A DNA stretch of 64,000 nucleotides, taken from NCBI RefSeq assembly GCF_046119375.1, contig NW_027362765.1:120528001-120592000 (forward strand), read 5' to 3'. Under the pieces are notes generated by a model, which worked only from the letters and a program-made list of their open reading frames with translations, did not search any database and was not told the origin of the DNA. Shown here piece by piece: positions 1-10,800 of this stretch. The stretch comes from Phyllobates terribilis (lineage: Eukaryota). Each line of letters starts with the position of its first letter. The first letter of the stretch is position 1. Both the position numbers and the translations under genes were made by a program.

Positions 1-123
1 ATTATCTACACATCTTTCTGGAGAAGTATATACACACACATTCCAGTCTGCTGGATGGGCATTTACAGCTCTAGGCATCATCATCATCTTCATATCGGTC
101 ACTTGCTGCTGGTATAAATGTCT

Positions 124-3100
124 CTATGTGATGTCCTTCTGTCTGGGTGGGCGATGAATGTTTCTCACAACGCATTTTACCATCCATTCCACTCCTTCAT
201 TCACTCCACTCCTGCAAGAACAAAGAGGTGATCTCAGGATACTTATTAAAGCACAACTTTTTGGGGATCATAATCTCACCCAACATCACATCTTATACAA
301 TATTCACATCCAGCGCTGCATTTACAATCCTACTGGCTGTTGTAACAGAGCAAAGCAAAAAATGCTGCTCTGGATTTGACTGGAGCATAAAAATTATGCA
401 CTCAAAATTGGAAAACTGGTTAAAAGCAGAAATCAAAATATATACAGGTGCATCTCACTAAATTAGAATATCATAAAAAAAATAATTTATTTCAGTTCTT
501 CAATATAAAAAGTGAAACTCATGTATTATATAGAGTCATTACAAACAGAGTGAACTATTTCCAGTGTATATTTCTGTTAATGTTGAGGATTATGGCTTAC
601 AGCCAATGAAAACACAAAAGTCATTATCTCAGTAAATTAGAATACTTTATAACAACAGCTTGAAAAATGTTTTTAAAATCCGAAATGTTGGCCTACTGAA
701 ATGTATGTTCAGTAAATGCCCTCAATACTTGGTCGGGGATCCTTTTGCATCAATTACTGCATCAATGCGGCGTGGCATGGAGGCGATCAGCCTGTGGCAC
801 TGCTGAGGTGTTATGGAAGCCCAGGTTGCTTTGATAGCAGCCTTCAGCTCGTCTGCATTGTTGGGTCTGGTGTCTCATCTTCCTCTTGACAATACCCCAT
901 AGATTCTCTATAATAGATTCTCTATGGGGTTAAGGTCAGGCGAGTTTGCTGACCAATCAAGCACAGCGATACTGTTGTTTGTAAACCAGGTATTGGTACT
1001 TTTGGCAGTGTGGACAGGGGCCAAGTCCTGCTGGAGAATGACATTTCCATCTCCAAAAAGCTTGTCGGCAGAGGGAAGCATGAAGTGCTCTAAAATTTCC
1101 TGGTAGACGGCTGCGCTGACTTTGGTCTTGATAAAACACAGTGGACCTACACCAGCAGATGACATGGCTCCCCAAACCATCACTGATTGTGGAAACTTCA
1201 CACTAGACCTCAAGCAGCTTGGATTGTGGCCTCTCCACTCTTCCTCCAGACTCTGGGACCTTGTGGAGTGTGTCAATGACTGCCTTTTGGACATCTGTCA
1301 AGTCAGCAGTCTTCCCCATGATTGTGGAGCCTACTAAAACAGACTAAGGGACCTTTTTAAACGCTTAGGAAGCCTTTGCATGTGTTTTTGTTAATTATTT
1401 TAATTTACTGAGATAATGAATTTTGTGTTTTCATTGGCTGTAAGCCATAATCATCAACATTAACAGAAATAAACACATGTAATAGATCACTCTGTTTGTA
1501 ATGATTCTATATGAGTTTCACTTTTTGTATTGAAGAACTGAAATGAATTAACTTTTTGATGATATTCTAATTTAGTGAGATGCATGTTTTACAAAAAAAA
1601 CAGCTTTATACTTGACAAATGCTGTAAAATAATAAGACACGCAACCATCACTGTACCACTCTCCAAACCCTTACCCGGAGAGGGCAGAGCAGGCCTGGGT
1701 CAGGCAATCCCTCTTCCCAATCTTATTAATGCAGTCACTGAAGGCCGTCTTAATATCAGGAATGGAGAGACAACCCTAAATAGAAAGGAACAGTTTTATT
1801 TAATATCTGGTACCACCCTAATAGGAACCCCGATTGTCAGGGTATTTATTAAACTTTACACTAATTAACATCTAAGCTGCTCACACTAAAATGGCATCTT
1901 AGGTTAGGTTATAGCACCCACTAGTGGCAAGCATAAATAATTACACTTTAAAGGGCATCTGTCCAAAGGTTTTAGCTATGGAATATGAAAGTAGCATGAT
2001 GTAGGGGCAGAGACCCTGATTCCAGGGATGTATCTATTATTATTATGTATCTCTTACTGGACTGCTTGGTGCAGTTTTGATAGAATTCCTGTTTTCTCTG
2101 CTGTACATGTAGCAGTGCTATGACTGCTGAGCTCTGTATGATCACGCACACACTACTGATTGGCAGTTTCCTGTGTACACTGTGAGGAAGCTGCCAATCA
2201 GCGGTGGGGGCAGGGTTATACAGATTATCTGGACTGTCTTGCATGAGACATCTAGTCCTGTAGGGATAATCTCCTGCTGATAAAACACAGATTGTATTGA
2301 AACTACATCACACAGCCTAGTAAGTGACACGTTCCTGGAATTAGGGTCTTTGCCCCTACATCATGCTGCTCTCAGAATAAATTGCAAAAACCTGCTGGCA
2401 GATTCCCTTTGAATGCTAGTGTCAGGAGGATAACATAACATTTTGACCTTACTCACCATGGAGTTTTGATTTAGTTTTAAATGCCATCGTGGTTACCCAT
2501 AATATTGAGAGATCCAGAGTTACATTTACCAGCCCATGAGACCTATACATCAGTAGAACAGATGTCGCCCTCCCCCAGATTACCTCCACGTCTTGTTTAT
2601 TTGCCAAGACCAGGATGGGCACACCTTCCAGAGCTTCACTGCTGATCATCTTCTCTACAAAGAAAAAAAACAAAAAACACAAAACTGATCATTCTTAAAA
2701 ATCCATCAACACGTTATCACAGCAGATGGAACAGCCTTTATTTCCTATCCTAAAAAGCTCTACAGCACAGATATGGATAACATGATACATTCTGGACTAT
2801 GTAGCATCAGCAGGTCGTGACATTTTCAATGAATTTACCAAAAGTACGTTTGGACTCCGACAGGCGCGTCTCATCGGTGGAATCAATGACATATATGACT
2901 CCATGGGACTCTGCGTAATACTGAAGACAGGAAAAAAATTAGAAAACCACTAAAACAGTGTACATTGGGATAGTCGCTCCACTTGTAATTTAGCACTTTG
3001 CAAGGTCTGTAGTTACTATTCTGGTCTAGAGTTTAGTGTTGTGCGTCTCACCTTATCCCATAGAGACTGAAGCTCCTCCTGTCCACCGAGGTCCCAGAAC

Positions 3101-4048
3101 ATCAGCCGGACTTTACCCACGTCAATGGTGCCAACTATGGACGAGAAGACGTGTGTGTACAAGATAACAACACTGCATGCCTACAACAACACGTCACCCC
3201 TATATATTTACTCCACTCACTGTTCAGGCCCACGGTCGTTGTGATCTTGTTGAGGTTCATCCCCTTGTAGTTGCGGCAGAATCTGATTTTTGTCTGTTCT
3301 AAGAACGTCTGGAAGAAAAGATGTCAAACTGTGANNNNNNNNNNNNNNNNNNNNNNNNNNNNNNNNNNNNNNNNNNNNNNNNNNNNNNNNNNNNNNNNNN
3401 NNNNNNNNNNNNNNNNNNNNNNNNNNNNNNNNNNNNNNNNNNNNNNNNNNNNNNNNNNNNNNNNNNNNNNNNNNNNNNNNNNNATAATATACCAAGCAAG
3501 ATTTACCTACTGTCCCAGATAAGTGCTGTCACTAGTGATATACCCAAAGACACAGCAGGTGCTACATCCCACAATACACCTGCCGACCCAGGCAGCTGCC
3601 CATACCAAAACACTACAAAACAATTGCCATTACCACCTCAGATACAAACTTTCACCCAGAATTGGACTGCCCACCCCCATTATAGCATCTGGTACAACCA
3701 CTCTGAATACATCTACTAATCCAGCCCGACATATATGTGTAATATCTATCTATCTATATAGTTGACCTGGATACACCTCCCAATCCAGCCTAGTATTATC
3801 TACTGGATACACTAGTCAGATCTATTATATCCAATACCCAGCTGCCCCTCTCATATTAAGCACCTGCTGCCCCAGACTGGCACCGGCACTATGATGCCAA
3901 GTCTAGTATAGCACAAATCACACTACATAAAAGCAGCAGTCGTCCCATAACTCACCGTCTTGCCAGCATTGTCCAGCCCCAGGATCAGGATACAGTACTC
4001 GTCCTTCTGGAACATGTACTTATAAAGACCGGATAGGAGAGTATACAT
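124..4048 (-). CDS. ARFRP1: ADP-ribosylation factor-related protein 1, complete spliced CDS (201 aa)
   Basis: Seven coding exons with GT-AG sites and consistent phase: 3956-4048 (MYTLLSGLYKYMFQKDEYCILILGLDNAGKT), 3221-3308, 3052-3134 (WDLGGQ), 2839-2920, 2584-2654 (LANKQD), 1675-1775, 124-211 (EWMVKCVVRNIHRPPRQKDIT*). Total 606 nt = 201 aa plus stop. GTPase G1/G3/G4 motifs present. Confidence 0.97.
445..1584 (-). mobile_element. Defective Tc1 (DD34E) transposon, copy A, in the last ARFRP1 intron
   Basis: TA then caggtgcatctcactaaattagaatatc at the left end, matching inverted repeat ending near 1584. Minus-strand transposase remnant VMVWGAMS...QQDLAPVH...SPDLNPIE with 34-residue D-E spacing; internally deleted and frameshifted. 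Confidence 0.93.
1950..2413. mobile_element. TTAA-target (T2/Kolobok-like) MITE
   Basis: ttaaagggcatctgtcc at the left end and gattcccttt at the right end. Internal sequence is shared with similar elements near 10460-11705 and 15850-16015. Confidence 0.6.
3335..3483. other. Assembly gap (149 N) in an ARFRP1 intron
   Basis: Run of N between the 3221-3308 and 3956-4048 exons; no coding exon is missing. Confidence 0.99.
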
Positions 4049-4725
4049 GATTGTGACCTGTAGGGGGCAGTACACCAGGATAATTACCTACTTTAAAAAA
4101 AAAAGAAGCTAAGTAATCGCAAATGCTCAAATGTTACCCTAAGTACTGTAAAAGCATCCAGACATGTGTACAGCCACGGCCTCATTCATAGGCACAGATA
4201 TGGCCTCTACGACAAACTTTTTCATTGTGTACTGATCTGAAATGCACTCTCTATGTCCTTAGGTAGCACTCTGTCCTCCATGATTTATACTGCAGCTCAG
4301 CTCAATTAGTGCCCAGCTGTAATCAGTGACTGCAGCCTAGCTGCATTGTTTTTTGAAGCCTGAAATCGACTGTACTCAGAAGCTCAGACTGCTGCATGCC
4401 CCTTCCACCCACCCCATGCTGGACACTGCAGCTTTTTTGGCTGCAAAGAACCTCCTCCCAAATTCCCACTGGTCCCATATGGACCGAACCTAACACCTTC
4501 AGCACAGAGCAGCCCTCCCATTGGACCTCTGACCTGTACCAAGAAGACCATCTATTTTCGCAGACTTCCCAACTAAATATCACCAGCTGCCCCCTCCAAG
4601 AAGAGGGATTTTGGCTGCAGAAGCATAAAGCAGAGATATCCCCCCTCCCAGGAAAGCACAGTGCAATAATAGCCCCCCTCCAGCACCAGCCTTGCCCCTC
4701 AACTCTTACAACCCCCTAAACTCAC

Positions 4726-5190
4726 CTCCTCCCCATCCACCCCGCTGCTCAGGCCTCAAATCAGTTAACAACAACTTCCGCCGTCGTCCCGCACGGCATC
4801 ATGGGATACTAAACGCGTCTGTCAAAACGTGGCGGCCATCTTGTATGTGGCAAGCGAAACGCCAGAACCCCTTCTGCCATATTAAGATAAATTCGTTTCA
4901 TTTGATCGCGACGAAAACTTTTACAGGACAAAATCCCAAACTCGTTAGTGACTACAGAGAAAATAGCTACCTTTGGGGAAACGGCGACTGGTCTACCCCA
5001 AAATGGCGGCGGCGATGTCGGGGCAGAGCTCTAGAGCTGATGACGCCATCCAGCCGGTGTCATGGCGTCTTTATAGGAGGCTGGTAAGGTTTGCAATGGC
5101 TTAGGAGGACTGTATATATGTATTCATTGTGTAGAATATGCCGTTTCTGTCGTCAGGGCTTGGAGTAGAACTATAAGTCCCAGCATGTGC
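4726..5190. promoter_or_regulatory. Bidirectional CpG-rich promoter shared by ARFRP1 and ZGPAT
   Basis: CpG-rich. Minus-strand donor (ctcac 4721-4725) and plus-strand donor (ctg|gtaagg at 5083/5084) bound two divergent first exons. ETS-like acttccg near 4774, YY1-like ggcggccatctt 4831-4842 and caaaatggcggc 4999-5010, ZNF143/Staf-like aactataagtcccagcatg 5169-5187. Confidence 0.8.
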
Positions 5191-5604
5191 AGACAAGTGT
5201 AGTTACCTTGAGTCAATGTGTTGTAGAAGTTGCTTTGGAGGATTAACTATTGAATGTCCTTGGCCCTTCTGGTTTGAGGACCCTTAGGTCCGCAAATAAG
5301 ATGGTACCATAAGGCAGGGGTCGACAAAGTTGTTCAGAATCTAGGAGCCAGCCAAAAAATTTAGGAGCCAGAATTTTTTTTGTTGACAAACTGTACATAT
5401 AGACCCCCTCACACACGGCGTCTCCCCGGGGAGCACGGCCTTTGTATGTACTTACACAGGTAGCGGGAGATGAGAACGGGCCCCCGGCCACAGCGATCCT
5501 TCCCCCCAGGGCCGGCTCCAGGTTTTTCTGGGCCCCGGGCGAAAGAGTCTCAGTGGGCCCTTTTAATACATACACGATTCATGATGCACAGATACGGCGG
5601 AGAA

Positions 5605-5608
<4 letters not shown>

Positions 5609-5665
<57 letters not shown>
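5609..5665. repeat. (TA)n microsatellite
   Basis: About 28 TA units. Confidence 0.97.
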
Positions 5666-5668
<3 letters not shown>

Positions 5669-5699
5669 TACACATGGCCCAGCCTGCCCCCTCATCCTT

Positions 5700-5850
5700 C
5701 ACATACGCAGACATATGCGTGCGCGCACACACGGTACGCAGACATATGCGCGCGCACACACGGTACGCAGACATATGCGCGCGCGCACACACGGTACGCA
5801 GACATATGCGCGCGCACACACGGTACGCAGACATATGTACACATACAGAC
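5700..5850. repeat. About 30-bp minisatellite (acacggtacgcagacatatgcgcgcgcac)
   Basis: About 5 tandem copies. Confidence 0.85.
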
Positions 5851-6364
5851 ATACACATAGATAAAACAGACAAATATATATACACAGTCATATACACTGA
5901 CATTCACATACATGCACTCACACAGACCCATTACTAATATTTTTAATATGGGGATTGGGGAAGCCTCACTCACCTGTCCCCGGTCCAGTGCCCTGTCCAG
6001 CAGCTCCTCGGGTATGGGGCAGTGCAGGGCCCCCGGCGTGTCACAGACTTCATGGCCCTGGAACATCAGAGGGGCCCACTTGCGGTCGGGTCCGGGCCCC
6101 TCCCGCCCATCTGTGCAGGACCTCCGCTCCGACGGTGTTTGATTGCCGGCACTCCCCCAGACATGGCCGCGCGCTGTGCGGCTGTGTCTGCTAGTAATGA
6201 CGCGGCAGGAGCGACACACAAGCACAATTAAAGGTGCAGTGCCGTCGACCCTGCCGTGTCATTACTAGCAGACACAGCCGGACAGCGCGCGGCCATGTCT
6301 GGGGGAAGTGCCGGCAATCAAGCAGCGCCTGCGTCCCTGAACAGGTGCCGAGGAAGCGGCCAGG

Positions 6365-6565
6365 GCCCCGACAGTGAGTGGGCGGGTGGGTGTGTGGGCC
6401 CAGCCCCGACAGTGAGTGGGCGGGTGGGTGTGTGGGCCCGGCCCCGACAGTGTGTGGGCCCGGCCCCGACAGTGTGTGGGCCCGGCCCCGACAGTGTGTG
6501 GGCCCGGCCCCGACAGTGAGTGGGCGGGTGGGTGTGTGGGCCCGGGCCCCGACAGTGAGTGGGCG
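6365..6565. repeat. GC-rich minisatellite (gggcccggccccgacagtgtgt and variants)
   Basis: Tandem 22-36 bp units visible directly. Confidence 0.85.
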
Positions 6566-7098
6566 GCTGGGCCCCTCTGATTTTCCAGGGCCCCGGCACT
6601 TGCCCGGGTACGCCGGGTGCTGACGCCGGCCCTGCTTCCCCCGTAACCCAACTCTCCCTGTCCAGTCCCGGAGCATAAGGGGGGCGGAGCAAAGTGGAGA
6701 AGGCGGCCTAAGCGATACTGTCCCTGCTTCCTCCGATTGGATGACTCCGTGCAGGAGGTGGGATTGGATTGAGAGTATTTTTTTTTCTTCTCAACTCCTC
6801 AAGCACCAGGCAACATTTTCTAGGCGCCACTGGCGACCAGGCGCCTGGGTTTGTCGAGCCCTGCCATAAGGTTTCTTATAGGAATTTACCGCAGGGTGCC
6901 ATATTCATGATTGTGGAACTCAGGACCATAATGCACTGCTGCATAGTCGTCCTGAGGGGGCGCAGGGCGTCTTCTTTAACGTATGGTGGGCACTGGACGC
7001 GGCATTTGGTGCCTACTCGTAATATGGGATCTTCCTGGCTAATTTTGATGTTTTCATTTGCAGAATGCAGCTCTGTGATTCATCCGTTCCAGGAAAAC

Positions 7099-7763
7099 AT
7101 GGATGAAGAGAGTCTGGTGTCTGCTGTGCAGACCTACAGGGCCCAGCTGGAGCAAGTGACGCTCTCCCTCCATGAAGACGTGGACCCAGCGCATAAGGCG
7201 GACCTCCTCCAGCTACAGGGCGACTTACAGCAGCTCATAGAGCTAACCGAGTCCAGCCTGCTGTCTGTCCAGAAGGCCAACCTGCTATCAGCCCTCGGCG
7301 AACCACCACCCTCATCGTCTCAGGATGATGAGTATGAGGCCTTCAAAGAGGCGATCGGAGAGCTAAGTAACGAAGGGGAACCTCTGGAGACCACAGATCC
7401 TAATTCTGAGGAGGAGGAGGAGGAAGATGAAGAAGTCAGTGGAATGAAAGTAAAAGCCCCGTATTACAGCACATGGGGGACCCTAGAATATCACAATGCC
7501 ATGGTCGTGGGTTCAGAACACATGGAAAATGGAGGTGCTGGTGTACGTGTCCTGTATCTTTACCCCACACACAAGGCTATGAAACCTTGTCCCTACTTTC
7601 TGGATGGAAAATGCCGCTTCAATGAGAACTGCAGGTGAATGTGCAGCAAAGAGTATTTAAGGAGAAGAGAGACCTGTTCTCTTGTAAGTTATTAAAGTTA
7701 CTATTGGAGCCAGGTCCAACTGTGATGGAGCAGAATTCTTATGTTAGGAGGCCACAGACTGAG

Positions 7764-7806
<43 letters not shown>

Positions 7807-10800
7807 ATATGGTAAAGTTTATTATTTTCAATTGTCGATGTTTTAGTTTTGCTGGCTTTGGCAAGCAAAGGCTGGAGGATGTTGGGGTGCAGAGGAAATT
7901 CACTGTCGCCCTTTTCCTATTGTGCTCAGGTTTTCCCATGGACAGGTTGTGCCAGTCAGCGAGCTCCAAGTCTTTGAAGAACCAGATCTCAGTAATCTTC
8001 GGATTGATACTCCCTGCCTTGCCAAACATGAGGATGGCATCTGGTACCCAGCGCGAATTACAGGTAAAGGCTGATGTTGCCCCTATATGTGTCCTGTGGG
8101 TGGTCACACACTGACTGTTCACCCTGGTTCCTTTTTACAGATATAGATGACAACTTTTACACGGTCAAATTTGACTCCCTGCTGCTGAAAGATGCGGTTC
8201 TGGAGGCTGACGCCATTATTCCACCTCTGCGGGAGAGCGACAGCTCATCCTCCGATGAGGACGACCTGGATGGAGTGGAGGATTTCGGGTATGCTAAAGG
8301 TAAATGTAAACTTATCTCTTGCTGTAAATGGCTTCTCCAGTGTATTGTAAAGCGTAGCCATTGTATAAAAAGTTCTGCAACTTTCTAATATACTTTGGCC
8401 TTGATCCATCATGTTTGAGCCTTTTTTTTTCTGGAATAAAAATGGTTCTAATAGTAGCTTTTGTTTTTGCCTCATTGTAAGTTAACTTTTTTTCTTGATT
8501 GTCTTTTTTTTTTTTTGGGGGGGCCAACAATGTTTTCAACCAGATATTTTAGCCTAACTCATCGATAGCAAATTTTCAATCTCTCTCCAAATTTTGCGCA
8601 TTTGTACTTTAGTAACATAGTACAATACCTGGCTAATTTTATTTTTTTGTGCCATTGAAGATTAACGTGCGACTTTCTTAAAGAATTTGACTTCATGCTG
8701 TAAATTGATGCAAGAAAAAAGAGCATCTTTGATTTTGCGCAAAATTTATCAGCCTGCATGCCCTAATTTGAGGAATTTTCCACTTAGAAACTGCAAGTAC
8801 CACAACAAGACAAAAAGGAAAAATCACGCAAATGGTGAATTGTGGCCTTATTGTTCGCTGTCAGTGAATGGTACCATTCACAATTCTATCTTGTCTCTGC
8901 CCAATACTTCCTGCAGCTGATGGTTTGTTACAATTTTATCCAGACGAGAAAATTTTCTATTATCTAAACAACCTTGATTACAGACTAATGCGTTTTATCA
9001 GAGCTGATACATTGGAGCAAACAATTGCTGGCAATGAGTGCAGCTCACAGAGTACTGTCTAGCCTGGATAGTTGTAGGTTTTCAGCATTTGAATGTGAGC
9101 AAAATTGTTTCTATTCATGGTTCGAATCCGAGATCTTAAAAATAGGGAGGAAAGGAAGCACATTATAATTTTTATCATATGATGATTTAGCGTTGGTTGC
9201 ATAAATCTATGATACTGCTCTCTTGTATTTCTGTGCTTCTACAGATGTTTCATGGACATCTTTCTCTGTTTTGCAGTCCTCATGGACAATGGAGAAGTTG
9301 GGGTTACATCCTGCAGCTCTGAATTTGCTGGATGGGAGGCTCATACCCGTGGGATCGGGTCCAAGCTCATGGCTCGTATGGGATACGAGATAGGAAAAGG
9401 TGAGCGATTATTTGGTGACTCTGATAACATTCCAGATTATCTGCAAGGCTGATTAAGAGATCAAAGTAGTGATCTTATCGCCTGCCTCCGGAGGCTTACC
9501 GCTTACCGCTCACGTGCCTTCGGGGGCGTACCGCTCGCCTGCTTCCAGATTGCCTTGGGCGGTGCGCTTCTGAAATTTGGCACTTGAGAAAAGCAACATG
9601 GAAGAGAACAGGGAAAGTAAGTCGGGTTGGATTCAACTAACTTCAGAACTTGCAAGCGGCACGTGTTCCTTCCAAGGTATCTGGCCACTCTGAGACTGTA
9701 GGTGGCCGATAATCTTGGCAACAAGTTATTAACTTTAAAATGAAAAATCCCTTTTTAATAAAGGTAAATTGTAAAGTTCCTTGTGTTTACAAGCACTTTG
9801 CATTTTTTACCATTTAGGAACTCCAAACAACTACTTTTTAAAGAATATCTGTGTTTTTTAAGGCCCCCACTTGGGGTATACCTAAATTACCATATACAGT
9901 AATATTTTGCTAATACAGCATCCTAAAGACTGTTGGATTAGTCCAAATGATCAGACCCCTAAATACATAGCATAGACAGGTAAAGTTATTTTACTGCCTT
10001 CCTGGTGGCTCTTAATAGATGGTATTAATTCTCTGCTTGCATCCCCCTGTGCTCCAGTCTTACATGCTCATGTCAGTGTGCACACACTAGCTCTGTAGTG
10101 TCAGGACATCACTGCAACAATAGCATGTGTATGAGGACCCTCGCCATTATCTTCAAGGGCCACCTAGTCTTGAGCTATCTGGTAAATTACTATTAATCCA
10201 GCATGATACAATTTTTTTTTTTTTTTTTTTTTTTAACCTGGTTTCATTTTAATTAAAAAAAAAATGTTAACAATACAATTTGAATAAATAAATGAACACC
10301 CTCAACTCACTGTCTAAACACAATTGTAGGAAACTTTGTAGCCAAAGAAACCACATAAGATGGAGAACTGGTCGTCCAATGGATAGACGTCCATACAGGG
10401 TTGGACAAACCTTGTTAATGGATGAAAAAATAATTCCTCGACTGGGGAATTTGTACTCGTGTCACTTACTGGGCTGCTTGCTGAGGTTTTGATAACATCA
10501 GTTTTCTCAGCAGGAGATTATCACTAGAGGACTAGTAAACCTGCTGCTATGTAGTCCTCCATATTCATGAGCTCTGTATAACCCCCGCCCCCACCACTGA
10601 ATGGCAGCTTTCTGCCTATGCACAGTGACAGCTGCCAATGAGTAGTGTGTGTGTAAGAAGGAAGACTTGCCTAGGGACAGGTGCGGAGCTCTGGTGCCGG
10701 AACTGCCAGGGTCCTGTCCAGTGTTGCCAGGGGACCCGATTAAGAGTGCACGGGGGACTTCCTGGACAGTGCTGGGGGACAGAGGAGCGGGACGGAAGAG

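Larger units (their letters stand above)
5315..6863. mobile_element. Non-autonomous hAT element in ZGPAT intron 1, carrying internal micro- and minisatellites
   Basis: TIRs caggggtcgacaaa / tttgtcgagccctg and a perfect 8-bp TSD ccataagg (5307-5314 and 6864-6871). Confidence 0.92.

Noticed and set aside
6769-7098. 110-aa N-terminal extension of ZGPAT in the ORF track
   Set aside because: It starts inside the hAT element and runs through intron 1; homology begins at MDEES (7099).
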